Shown: positions 53,780 to 64,000 of the stretch, piece after piece
Position numbering within the stretch: position 1 is the first letter of the stretch
Layout of the letters: each line of letters opens with the position of its first letter
Source: Candidatus Marinacidobacterales bacterium
GTDB taxonomy: Bacteria; Acidobacteriota; Vicinamibacteria; Marinacidobacterales; SMYC01
Assembly: GCA_965237955.1 (NCBI GenBank)
Contig: OZ250169.1
Coordinates: 7,904,001 to 7,968,000, forward strand
DNA length: 64,000 nucleotides
Reading direction: 5' to 3'
Made by a program: the position numbers and the translations under genes
The notes under the pieces: model-generated
Told to the model about the DNA's origin: nothing
What the model saw: only the letters and a program-made list of their open reading frames with translations
The model's database searches: none

Positions 53780-54093
53780 CTAGGATATCTCGACTTCGAC
53801 GTCGTCCCCCTGCCGACTCGCACGTTGTAGGATGTCACTTCCGCTGGCGCGGGTGGCGTCAGGTTCTTGCCAGTGCAGACATCGAAGTTGGCTCCGTGCC
53901 ACGGACAGGTTACCGTACTGCCCTCGAGTGATCCCTCGGACAGAGGGCCTCCACGGTGCGTGCAGGTGTCCGTGATCGCGTAGCAGGTCCCATCTACGTT
54001 GAAAAGAGCAATCTTGTTTCCGGCGACCTCGATGGCCATACCCTGCCCGGGGGCAAGGTTCTTCATCTCTGCGACCTTGTGAAAGGTTCCCAT
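53780..54093 (-). pseudogene. Rieske [2Fe-2S] ferredoxin, frameshift near 53812
   Basis: CTHRGGPL and CPWHG motifs; the C-terminus QGDDVEVEIS is in another frame. Confidence 0.9.
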
Positions 54094-54729
54094 CGCGATA
54101 AGTCCTCCCCGACACGACGATTGTAAAGGCGCCTGCCCAGATAACTCGAGCGCGGGGTCGACGCGCTCATGTATCATGAACGCAAGAAAGTGGATCCGTT
54201 GGTGTGGGACCGCCGTCGTGGAGACGAAAAGCTCCGGTCCACGTTCCTTCCGAACCGCGTATCGACCATCGCCGTGGAGGATAAGGACCTCGCGGCTCAG
54301 TCCAAGCTCGTCCCGCTCCTCAAGGGCAAGGTCACCCGCGGAGGCCTGCCGACGGTCTACGTATCGAGAAGCGTGTCTGCAAGCTCCGCTCTCCAAAACC
54401 TGATCAAATCTGATCAGGCGCAGGTTCCTGCTTCACAGAGGATCGTTTCACTTCGGCTCACGCCGAAGCCAGAGCGTTCCTCTCCACAGGCTTGAGTTCC
54501 GGTGGAGCTCACCGTACGTTGATGTCGAGGATATGTCAAGAAGCTATAATCCAGTCAATTTGAACAGATAATATAGATATCAACAGATATTCTGCTAACA
54601 GCCCCACTTCCGATCCCGAAGGGTTGTAGCCCGACGAGTAAGCTGTGAGTCATGTCGACCCCAAGCTGAATCGGAGCCGAATACGGACTTTGTGGGGTCT
54701 CCTGGCCGTCGGCGGGGACGCTGGCCGTC

Positions 54730-56136
54730 GTGAGCTTCGCTGGCGTCTTCAGTTCGAAAGAGCGCCCGGAGAACCCGCTCGACGCCCCTCAACAAAGCAC
54801 TCGCTCCACCGACGATCGCGGTCTGCAATCGAGGAATATCCCGGCCAGCCCCGTTTCCGGCGCTAGTGAGGCCGATCGCTACTGGCCGCAATGGCGCGGG
54901 CCCTTGGGCACCGGCGTCGCCCCCCACGCCGATCCTCCAGTGGAATGGAGCGAGGAGAAGAACATCCGTTGGAAGATCGCGCTTCCTGGCAGCGGGCATT
55001 CGGCGCCAGTCGTCTGGGGCGATCGGGTTTTCCTCACGGCGGCCGTACCCTCCGGCGAGCCCGTGCCACCCCCCGCCGGTCGCCGTCCCGGCGCGCACGG
55101 CGATCTGCCGGTGGTGCGTCGCGAATCCTTCGTAGTGCTCGCCGTCGACCGCCGGGACGGCAAGATCCTCTGGCAGAAGACGGTGCGAGAAGCCATTCCG
55201 AACGAAGGCATTCACTACACCGGAAGCTATGCTTCGAGCTCTCCCGTCGTGGACGGGGAGCATCTCTTTGCCTTCTTCGGCTCGTACGGCCTCTACGCCC
55301 TCGATCTGGACGGCAAGATGTTATGGAAAGCCGATTTGGGCGACATGCATACCAAGCACGGGCACGGCGAGGGCAGCTCGCCCGCCCTCCACGGCGATAC
55401 TCTGATCGTCAACTGGGATCACGAAGGCCCGTCGTTTCTCGTCGCCTTCGACAAGCGAACCGGCAGGGAGCGCTGGAAGGTCGCGCGCGACGAGCCCACG
55501 TCGTGGGCCACCCCCGTCGTGGTGGATCACCGCGGTAAACACCAGGTCATCGTGAGCGGCACGAACCGGGTGCGTGGCTACGACCTGGCGAGCGGTAGGG
55601 TCATCTGGGAATGCGGCGGCCTTTCGGCCAACGTCGTCGCCTCGCCGGTGGCGGCGCAGGGTATGGTCTACGCTGGCAGCAGCTACGACACGCGGAACCT
55701 ACTGGCCATCCGTCTCGAAGGCGCCAGGGGCGACATTACCGGGACCGACCGGGTCGCCTGGACCCGACATCGAGGCACACCCTACGTGCCGTCACCCTTG
55801 CTCTACGGAGACGCGTTGTATTTCATCTATCACTACCAAGGCATCCTGACACGCTTGCACGCAACGACCGGCGAAGAGCGCCCAGGGCCCTTGCGGCTCG
55901 GCGGCCTCGGCAACGTCTATGCCTCGCCGGTGGGCGCCGCGGGACGCGTTTACATCACCGACCTCGACGGCGCGACACTGGTCATCACCCACGAGGATAA
56001 TCCCAAGGCGTTAGCACTCAACCTTCTCGAGGACCGCTTCAGCGCTTCCGCCGCCATCGCCAGCAACGAGCTGTTCTTGCGCGGAGATCAGTATCTCTAC
56101 AGTATCGCGGAAGGTACTGTCAAAGTGAGCTGGTGA
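54730..56136 (+). CDS. PQQ-binding-like beta-propeller (BamB-like) protein; last codons replaced by IS6 end (56113-56142)
   Basis: WPQWRGP, repeated SSPVV/SPL motifs; GGTACTGTCAAAGTGAGCTGGTGACTGACA at the 3' end. Confidence 0.85.
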   Translation: MSFAGVFSSKERPENPLDAPQQSTRSTDDRGLQSRNIPASPVSGASEADRYWPQWRGPLGTGVAPHADPPVEWSEEKNIRWKIALPGSGHSAPVVWGDRVFLTAAVPSGEPVPPPAGRRPGAHGDLPVVRRESFVVLAVDRRDGKILWQKTVREAIPNEGIHYTGSYASSSPVVDGEHLFAFFGSYGLYALDLDGKMLWKADLGDMHTKHGHGEGSSPALHGDTLIVNWDHEGPSFLVAFDKRTGRERWKVARDEPTSWATPVVVDHRGKHQVIVSGTNRVRGYDLASGRVIWECGGLSANVVASPVAAQGMVYAGSSYDTRNLLAIRLEGARGDITGTDRVAWTRHRGTPYVPSPLLYGDALYFIYHYQGILTRLHATTGEERPGPLRLGGLGNVYASPVGAAGRVYITDLDGATLVITHEDNPKALALNLLEDRFSASAAIASNELFLRGDQYLYSIAEGTVKVSW

Positions 56137-56189
56137 CTGACATCCACCGATGTTCCGGGTTCGGGTGGCGTTGTTGCACGGCCCGGAGC

Positions 56190-56329
56190 TCGCCCCGCAG
56201 TCGATTTGAGCCAGCCGTGCGCACCCCCGGTGGGCCTGTCGCTCGCCACCCGATTTTCAGCCAAGGGTCGTAAGTCAGCCCTGCGGCGCGAAATACCCTC
56301 GATTCTGCGCGGATTCCAAGGGCGTCTAG
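56190..56329 (-). mobile_element. Inverted LSR-module leader fragment
   Basis: Reverse-complement homolog of 39301-39437; preceded by a 23-bp IS903-A end (56167-56189). Confidence 0.8.
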
Positions 56330-56679
56330 CACGTTCTGGTCCAGGTGGGCCTGGGCCTCCTTGGTGTCCTTACTTGCCTCGGATTCCGTCTCAGGATCAG
56401 GGTCCGGCAATGCTTGAGAGGGTCCGCGCACCCTCCATCGTCAGCCAGCTCGGGAGCCCGAGCCCTGTGCCTTCTATTTATTCATCCGCGTGATGGAGAT
56501 CACGGATATACTCAGCCAGAACGTGCCCTTGGAGGACGTGCAGTATCTAGCCGGACACTCCAACCCCTCGGGCCACACAGATTTATGACAGGCGTAGACA
56601 GCACGTCACTCGCAACATCGTGGAGCGTGTCTCGATATGAAAGAAGGACCAAGGAAGAGAGACATCCTTTCGAGGCCTG

Positions 56680-56845
56680 CTAGTCCCCTGGAACAGAGGT
56701 TCATAGCCTAAATCTCGGGCCCTTTTTGCGCGCTGGCTTCGTTGTTCCTCCTCGAAATATTCCAATATGACTTCGTCGTCACGCCTCGCCAGCCCACAAA
56801 ATGGCGTCGAGCTTTAGGCCACGAACCTCTGTTCCAGGGGACTAG
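56680..56845. mobile_element. 166-bp MITE-like element with 33-bp inverted repeats
   Basis: CTAGTCCCCTGGAACAGAGGTTCATAGCCTAAA / TTTAGGCCACGAACCTCTGTTCCAGGGGACTAG. Confidence 0.7.
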
Positions 56846-56939
56846 CAAGAAAGCCGCTGCACGGCCTCGTTCGGCTCCCCGCAATGAACCCAAGCCGGTG
56901 CCGGTTCCTCTGCCCGAAGATGTCCGCCACCAGCGGGCG

Positions 56940-57356
56940 GGTGAAACGACGGAACATTCCGCGCATCTCGAAAAACTCAAACAACTCTTCGAGGCGGCTC
57001 CGATCAGCCGCTACCTGGGCATGACACTCAGCTATTGCGAGAACGGCGTGGCGCGCGTGCGTTTGCCGTTTCGGGCCGAGTTCGAAGAAAGGCATGGCGT
57101 CATCCACGGGGGTCTCATCGGTCTGCTGGCGGACACGGCGGGTAACTTCGCGGTGGGTTCGGTCTCGCCGGGCTCCACGGTCAAGACGGTGGAGTTCAAG
57201 ATGAGCTTGCTGGCGGGAGTCCAGGAAGACCTGCTCGCCATCGGAGAGGTCGTCCGCAAGGGACGCACGCTCGCCACCTGCCGGCTCGAGGTCGTTGGGG
57301 GCAACGACCATGTGGTGGCCATCGGGCTGGCCACTTATGCCCTCCAGGCTGTTTAG
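56940..57356 (+). CDS. PaaI family (hotdog) thioesterase; start uncertain
   Basis: GVIHGGLIGLLADTAG, TVEFKMSLL, GEVVRKGRT. Confidence 0.85.
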   Translation, partial: GETTEHSAHLEKLKQLFEAAPISRYLGMTLSYCENGVARVRLPFRAEFEERHGVIHGGLIGLLADTAGNFAVGSVSPGSTVKTVEFKMSLLAGVQEDLLAIGEVVRKGRTLATCRLEVVGGNDHVVAIGLATYALQAV

Positions 57357-57421
57357 CCATCTGCACCTGCTTGTTGCAGCCCAGGCGGGTCTTGAGTTCG
57401 TTTGTGTTTTTGGACACGACG

Positions 57422-58057
57422 CGCTCGAAATTCATCCGCCTCGAAAGGTCGCGAAACAGAGCGTGAGTGTTCCGGTAGCTTCGCCTTCCCGTCACCGTCG
57501 ATGGCCAGAGCCGAGACCAGACCTCGATTGTAACGAAGACCCAACTCGGTGTCTTCTTGTTGCTCACGAACGTGCGAATCTCGTCGGCTTGAAGCTCTTT
57601 GGCAGCGAAGCCAGCGATCCTTCTGTGATTGAATCGACGATACACTTGGGCTGCCTTCTCGAGCCAGCGGGCGACGGTGTTCCAGGCAATCCCTTTGATC
57701 CGGGAAATCGAGGAAATGCTGACACCCTCGACTCTGAGAGCGATGACTACATCGAAAGTAGCTCTTCGATGTTGGAGACGGTAGTAGGGCGTGCCTTTCG
57801 TCGAAGAGAACGTCTTTCCGCACTCGCCGCACCGGTATCGACGGCGTTTCCCGGACCTCGTTCTGTAGAATCCGTTGTGAATAATGCTTCTGGAACCGAC
57901 TGTTCCATACGACGGACATGCGGGATTGAGACATCTGCTATTCTTCACTTCGGCTCGGCCCTGACGATGAGAGAACTGTGTCTTCAGAATTCTGGTTCAA
58001 ACTCTAGCCCGCGAGCGGGTTACGCGGTGGCTACCAACACTTGATGGCGGAGGCACC
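57422..58057 (-). mobile_element. IS1-family-like element, 3' truncated (ORF starts 57948)
   Basis: Zinc ribbon, HTH, LQADEIRTFV; IR GGTGCCTCCGCCATCAAGTGTTGG. Confidence 0.85.
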
Positions 58058-58276
58058 AAATGGAGCGTAATCGCCTCTTTTGTAAAGGGATGCGTACAAC
58101 ATTACCAACAGTAAATAGCGCAAGCGCTCCTGGCTCTCAGCAGCCGTCGGCAAGTCCGCGCTGGGTTCGGAGCACACCTTCTATGTCAAAGGGCCTCAAA
58201 GGCGCAAATCTTCCCCCGTGGCCAAAGTGTGCGCGGCAGCAGAGTCTGGAGTGCCTCAAGGAAGATGAGAAAACCC

Positions 58277-59629
58277 ATGGAACCGCCTAGCGTGCCTTCC
58301 GAAGCAGCTGGCAGCGAACCGACGCTCCAGCGCAGCATCGGATTGTGGCAGATGACGCTCTACGGTGCCGGCAGCATGCTGGGTGCTGGCATCTACGGCC
58401 TGATCGGACAGGTCGCTGCCGAGATGGGTTCCGCGATTTGGTTGGCCTTTGCGCTATCGCTGGTTGCGGCGGGGCTGACGGGTCTGTCGTACGCCTCACT
58501 CGGCTCACGCTACCCGCGGGCAGGGGGCGCCGCCTATATCACCCAGCGCGCCTATCGCCACAGCCTGCTGACCCATGTTGTCGGCCTCACAGTGGCGTGC
58601 TCGGGCTTCACATCGATCGCCGCCGGTGCACGCGTCGTGGGCGAAAATCTGCAAGCCCTGCCTATTCTCGAAGGCGTGCCCGTAGGCATGCTGGCGTTTA
58701 TCTATCTTGTCATCGTGGGTACCCTCGTCTATCGCGGTATCCGAGAGTCGATGTGGGCCAACGTTGCCTTCACGTTGGTGGAAGCGGCGGGCCTGCTGAT
58801 CGTGATCGCAGTTGGTTTGCGCTTCTGGGGTTCAGCAAATTTGATGCAATTCCCAGTCGGTTCGGAAACCGAGGCCGGCCTCCCCTTTATATTTCTGGTG
58901 CAGGGAGTCGTCCTCACTTTCTATTCCTTCCTCGGATTCGAGGACTCGATCAACATTGCTGAGGAATTGAAGAATCCGCGGCGCGACCTCCCATTCGGCC
59001 TGCTGATGGCATTGGTGCTGACTGTCATTCTTTATATGAGCGTGGCGGTCACCGCTGTCTCGGTGGTTCCGTGGCAGGAATTGGCCGAAGCCAAGGCACC
59101 GCTGGCCGAAGTCATGGAGCGCGCCGCACCCTGGTTTCCGGCTTGGGTGTTCATCGCCATTACTATATTCGCGGTGGCCAATACCGGTCTGATCAACTAC
59201 ATCACCGCCTCGCGTCTACTATACGGCATGGCGCGCGACAGGCACCTTCCGCGCGCGCTCTCGATCATCCATCCGTTGCGGCGTACGCCCCATGTTGCTA
59301 TCGGGCTGATCTTCGTGTTGATCGTGCTTTTGATTCTGTCGGGCGACATTTCGGCACTGGCCTCGGCCACGGTGTTGTTGTTGCTGCTGGTGTTTTCGGT
59401 GATAAACAGTGCACTTGTCATTTTGAAGCTGCGGCCCGGTGAACCACGAGGTGCGTTCGAACTTCCCATCGCGGTGCCTATGCTTGGTGCTGTGGCCTGT
59501 TTCATGATGTTCGTAGCGCGTGCCGGGGCTGGCGACTGGCGCGCGCCAACGATTGCTGGTGTTCTATTGCTGGGTATAGCCGCGCTCCATCACTGGATCC
59601 GGCCGCAGCCCGTTATGGGCGAGGAGTAG
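58277..59629 (+). CDS. APC family amino acid permease
   Basis: GSMLGAGIY, PRAGG, FLGFE...AEELKNP, SRLLYGMARD, TPHVA; about 12 hydrophobic segments. Confidence 0.93.
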   Translation: MEPPSVPSEAAGSEPTLQRSIGLWQMTLYGAGSMLGAGIYGLIGQVAAEMGSAIWLAFALSLVAAGLTGLSYASLGSRYPRAGGAAYITQRAYRHSLLTHVVGLTVACSGFTSIAAGARVVGENLQALPILEGVPVGMLAFIYLVIVGTLVYRGIRESMWANVAFTLVEAAGLLIVIAVGLRFWGSANLMQFPVGSETEAGLPFIFLVQGVVLTFYSFLGFEDSINIAEELKNPRRDLPFGLLMALVLTVILYMSVAVTAVSVVPWQELAEAKAPLAEVMERAAPWFPAWVFIAITIFAVANTGLINYITASRLLYGMARDRHLPRALSIIHPLRRTPHVAIGLIFVLIVLLILSGDISALASATVLLLLLVFSVINSALVILKLRPGEPRGAFELPIAVPMLGAVACFMMFVARAGAGDWRAPTIAGVLLLGIAALHHWIRPQPVMGEE

Positions 59630-59765
59630 GGCTGGAGTCGTTCGACCCAAGAAAGCTGAGGAATTTGTAAATCACTAGCCAGTGTGATGACGATCATCAG
59701 ACGGCCCCGATCTGGCTCCCTGCGGCGCAAGGGTCTTGAGTTCGTTTGTGTTTTTGGACACGACG

Positions 59766-61869
59766 GGCAAGGCCGTCCGCCCTGGCAGCTGGTCACCGAC
59801 AAACTGAGAGGCTACAGCGCCGCTCACCGCGAGGTCATGCCGTCCGTCGTCCACGACACTGACCAGTACAGAAACAACCTAGCCGAAGTCTCGCACGAGC
59901 CGACGCGACAACGGGAACGACAGATGCGGAAGTTTAAGACTCCGGGACAGGCGCAACGATTCTTGACCGTGCATGGACTCGTGCAAAACCTCTTTCGCGT
60001 CGGCCCTCTGTGCCAACCTCCTTGAGACACTTCGCCCCTTGAAATTAGTGTAGAGGGCGGAGGAGGATCATGAATGACTACGTTGATTGAGAGAATGACC
60101 CCGGCGGGATCGGAAGGAGCCCGTAGGGCGACTGCAGATCGCGCCGGCCGCGATGCGGCAGGGGTCCCGGATCCCGAAGTGAGTGAGCAAGCGAAGCGTC
60201 GACGCTTTACCGCAGAGTACAAGCTGCGGATAGTGCGCGAGGCCGATGCTTGCAAGGGTGACGGGGATGTTGCGGCTCTTCTGCGTCGAGAGGGACTGTA
60301 CTCGTCGCATCTTTCGAGTTGGCGTCGCCAACGTGACAAGATTGCCAAGGCGGGGTTGACATCGAGGAAGCGAGGACGGAAGGCGAAGGCAGAGGATCCA
60401 CGGGTCAAGGAGCTCGAGCGCGAGAACGCGCGATTGAAGCATCGCCTGGCTCGGGTGGAGACGATGCTAGAGATCCAAAAAAAAACCTCCGAACTTCTGG
60501 GGATCCCCCTGAATCCACCAGACAGCGACGAGAACGATTGATGGTGGCGGCCGAGGAGCTGGCGGGACGAATTGGACAGACGGCGGAAGCCTGCGAGGCC
60601 CTTGGAATAGCTCGCTCCACGTTGTATCGCAGGCGCCAGACGGTAACGTCCAATGCGAAACGCCGCCCTCGGTCGCACCGAGCCCTCGATGTGACCGAAC
60701 GTGAGCTGGTTCTCGGTGCCTTGCACTCCGAGCGGTTCGTCGACAAGGCGCCCGCTCAGGTGTGGGCCACGCTCCTGGACGAGGGAATCTACTACTGCTC
60801 GATCCGCACGATGTATCGGATTCTGGCGGAGAACGGAGAGGTCCGAGAGCGCCGGAACCAGCTGCGACATCCGAATTATCAAAAGCCGGAGCTGCTGGCC
60901 GAAGCGCCGAACCAGGTTTGGTCGTGGGATATCACCAAGCTGCGTGGCCCCGTCAAGTGGACCTACTACTACCTCTACGTGATTCTGGACATCTTCTCCC
61001 GTTACGTGACCGGGTGGATGTTGGCTCGACGAGAAAGCGCTGAGCTCGCTCGTCGTCTCATCAGCGAGAGCTGCCGCAAACAGAACATCGAACCAGACCA
61101 GCTCACCATCCACGCCGACCGTGGCAGCTCGATGCGAAGCAAGTCCGTAGCTATGCTCCTGGCTGACCTCGGCGTTACCAAGACCCACTCCAGACCTTAC
61201 GTCTCGAACGATAACCCCTACTCCGAGTCCCAGTTCAAGACTCTGAAGTATTGCCCTCAGTTTCCGAGCCGTTTTGGTTCCATCGAAGACGGCCGGCTGT
61301 TCTGCGGCGGCTTCCTCGACTACTACAATCACGAACGCCGGCACTCGGGAATCGGCCTCATGACACCGGCCGCCGTTCACGATGGTCTCGCGGAACAGCT
61401 CACCACTGCCCGGCGCCAAATCCTCCTCGAAGCTCATCGGGCTCATCCCGAACGCTTCGTTCGCGGAATGCCACAGCCCCCCGTTTTGCCTCCTCAGGCC
61501 TGGATCAACCCGCCGCCGGAGAAAACGACGCGCCAGGAGGCCGCCGGAGCCACTTTCTCGAGGTGGTCCACACCTGGGGCCCCCGGATTCAGGCCAACGC
61601 GACCAGATCTCGCCGCACGCAGACGGTGACCGCCCCGGGCCCACGAGTCTTACTGCATTGATTGAGGCTCACTAAATGCAGTCCGCGGGTGTCTCAAAGT
61701 TGTTGACACGTTCCGCGGACGGCATTTGTTGCAAGCGCGTCATCATCGGGAGCTACGAGACCGCGCTTTCATCGTCTGGCACGAGGTAACGTGTGCCGCA
61801 TGACGAGAGAGCAAAGGAAGTCAGCTCGACGCGATAGGTTCGCTCGCTCAACGTCAACTTGACAATACC
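59766..61869 (+). mobile_element. IS6 3' half interrupted by IS3 element
   Basis: IS6 sequence 59766-60003 resumes at 61716 and ends TTGACAATACC. Confidence 0.9.
60004..61715 (+). mobile_element. IS3 family element (orfA 60074-60541, orfB 60538-61629), CGG target duplication
   Basis: A9 slippery run 60477-60485; WSWDITKL, HADRG, NDNPYSE; CGG on both sides. Confidence 0.93.
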
Positions 61870-62809
61870 GAAAAAACTGATCGCCGAAATGGCGGTCGCG
61901 AACATCACGTGGGGCGAAGAGAGGATCGCCCACGAGCTCCTCGTCAAGCTTGGCATCCGCGTCTCGCCGCGCACCGTTCGGAAGTACATACCTATTCGAG
62001 ATGACGGCGGCCCGGACCGGCGCAATGCGTCGCATCGCTGGGCGACATTCGTGCGGAATCACGCAAAAGCGGTCGTCGCTGCGGATTTTTTCAACGTAGT
62101 CACCGTCAGCTTTCGCGTGCTTTACGTTTTCGTCGTCATGGAAATCGGCACACGCAAGATTCTTCACTTCAACGTGACGGCGCATCCGACTGCGGAGTGG
62201 ACGCTGCAACAGTTCCGGGAGGCGGTTGTGTGCGAGCACGACTATCGATTCGTCATCGTGGACCGCGATGGCAAGTTCTCGGCAGACCTCCGCCGCTCCC
62301 TCCGGGGGATGGGTGTGCGACCGTTGAGGACGCCGCGAAGAGCACCTCAAGCGAATGCCTACTGTGAGAGACTCATCGGCACCACACGCCGGGAGTGCTT
62401 GGATTTTCTGATACCGCTGTCGGAGGAACATCTTCGCCGACTCTTGACCGAATGGCGTGATTACTACAATCGGGCGAGACCACATTCATCGCTCGGCCCA
62501 GGCCTTCCCACCCCCTCTGTCGAGCTTCCGATGAAACCGGACCAGCACCGACATCAATTACCCGACCAGCGCGCCGTCGCCTCGAGGCCGGTCCTTGGTG
62601 GGCTCCATCACGATTACCGGTTGTCACGCGTTGCCTGACTGACCTAGCTTCTCGCGGCGAACAACGCGTTCTTTCTCGAGCACGTTATTGCGTCGGTGGC
62701 CTAGCGGCGACAGCGTGCAGAATTTCCACCGCGTCGAAGACGAGTTCGCAGAACGTCGCTCTCATGGCTGTCTGCCCGTCAATACGCGATCTTCTTTTTG
62801 CGGATCACA
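61870..62809 (+). mobile_element. IS481-like rve integrase (to 62638), 5' truncated, with right end ...GCGGATCACA
   Basis: ADFF, DRDGKF, PQANAYCER..GT.RRECLD, YYNRARPH, LGGLHHDY. Confidence 0.88.
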
Positions 62810-62917
62810 GGGGGCTGGAAACGGACTTACGGTGTGGCTAGTGAGGCACTCCCAGAGGAAACGGGGAGCAACAGATAGGCCACGCCTTCGGGGTACCGCG
62901 CCAGCCCTCGACCCTAC
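62810..62917 (+). ncRNA. Group II intron domain VI remnant (long DVI type)
   Basis: GGGGCTGGAAACGG...GAGGCACTCCCAGAGGAAACGGGGAGCAAC...ACCGCGCCAGCCCTCGACCCTAC; DV absent. Confidence 0.7.
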
Positions 62918-62938
62918 CGGGCACGTTTCTCACCGCCC

Positions 62939-63103
62939 GGTGCTTCCGCTACTTGCTGTTGGTAATGTGTACGCATCCCTTTGCAAAAAGGCGCTTTACG
63001 CTCCTTTAGCACGCAGCGAAGGTCGTGAGCGCTATTTGGGCTGTAATTTAATGCATCGTAAAGTCTTAGCGTCATTGCACCAACACTTAACGGCGAAAGC
63101 ACC
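62939..63103. mobile_element. 165-bp IS1-like MITE
   Basis: GGTGCTTCCGCT...CGGCGAAAGCACC; halves recur at 15937-16001 and 58062-58130. Confidence 0.75.
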
Positions 63104-63143
63104 GGACACGACGCCGTACGAACGACGAGACCTCTCCGCTACG

Positions 63144-64000
63144 TTACTCGGACCCCAGCGCAGTGCGAGGCTCGAGGTGGCTCGCTCGCCTCGCAGGTAC
63201 ATAGCACGCCACCGCCGCCACCACCAGCAGCAGCAAGGCGATGCTCGAAATCAACGCCATAGGATCCCAAGGGGTGATGCCGAAAAGATAGGCCTCAATG
63301 AACCTTGCTCCACCAAGTGAGGCCAAAAGGCCAAGTGCAGCGCCGATTACCACGGGACTCAATCCCTCACGCAGGACGAGTCCCAAAACGGTACGGCTTT
63401 CTGCGCCGAGTGCCATTCTAAGTCCGATCTCGTGCGTTCGCCGCGTCACGGCAAAGGAGGTTACGATGTAAACTCCAACTGCAGCCAGCCCAAGGGCCAG
63501 GAGTCCAAAAAGGCTTAGAAGAGCTGCGCCAACACGCTGCTGCGATAGCGCGTTCGACAGTTGCGCATTAAGGGTCTTTACATTGAAGACGGGTAGATTA
63601 CTGTCGACGTTGTTGAACACACTGACAACAGAAGGCAGAGAAGAAAAAGGGTCGCCTGCCACGTGCACAAATAGGGACATTTCCGGGAAGTAGCGCTGAA
63701 ATAGAGGGTAATAGATTCGCGTGTGTGGTTCTGCCCAGGGCGATCGGTGCGTATTCTGGGCGACGCCAACGATCTCAACCGTCGTAATCCCGGAACCCCG
63801 AGACACTCTCATACGGTGCCCTACGGGGCTCGTATTCGGCCAATATTGACGAGCCATCGTTTCGTTAATGATAACTACCTCTTGTGAGTTCTCATCGTCA
63901 CCATCAACGAAATCACGTCCCTCTGTGATAGTTATCCCTAGAGTTCGCATGTAGGCTGGGCTCACAATATCACTCTCTGTGACGATCCAATCCGAATCGT
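63144..64000 (-). CDS. MacB/FtsX-type ABC permease (ADOP-like), partial, runs off window
   Basis: GRDF, VIINETMA, RTHEIGLRMALGAE, PARRAS. Confidence 0.9.
   Translation of the reverse strand, partial: DSDWIVTESDIVSPAYMRTLGITITEGRDFVDGDDENSQEVVIINETMARQYWPNTSPVGHRMRVSRGSGITTVEIVGVAQNTHRSPWAEPHTRIYYPLFQRYFPEMSLFVHVAGDPFSSLPSVVSVFNNVDSNLPVFNVKTLNAQLSNALSQQRVGAALLSLFGLLALGLAAVGVYIVTSFAVTRRTHEIGLRMALGAESRTVLGLVLREGLSPVVIGAALGLLASLGGARFIEAYLFGITPWDPMALISSIALLLLVVAAVACYVPARRASHLEPRTALGSE

Overview
GC-rich (about 60-65%) bacterial window that is an extreme mobile-element mosaic. It contains five full-length copies of one IS5/IS903-group element plus fragments, a second IS903-group element, and IS6, IS3, IS21, IS256, IS110 and IS1-like elements. 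There are more than 20 solo termini of IS481-like (rve integrase) elements, several MITE families, two group II intron 3' remnants and one attC-like site. Five pieces of a DUF2924 + large serine recombinase (LSR) module are present, and the module appears to be delimited by a TAG/CTAG core. The main intact cargo is a PLD-nuclease/SNF2-helicase plus N6-MTase/Type-ISP-TRD operon inside a 7.5 kb segment with a circle/TIR-like signature. Other intact cargo is a two-gene HTH + wHTH-restriction-endonuclease-like operon, a lambda Nu1-like small protein, mutM, an S9 peptidase, phhB and an APC permease. Many host genes are truncated by IS ends (metB-like, PQQ dehydrogenase, multicopper oxidase, DUF4159, TonB receptor), and selO has an internal deletion. 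The gene set suggests an Acidobacteriota-like host (inference only). Almost no element retains matching target-site duplications, and private 1-bp indels are common, so part of the mosaic could be assembly or long-read artefact. All family calls come from motif recognition by eye; no database search was run.
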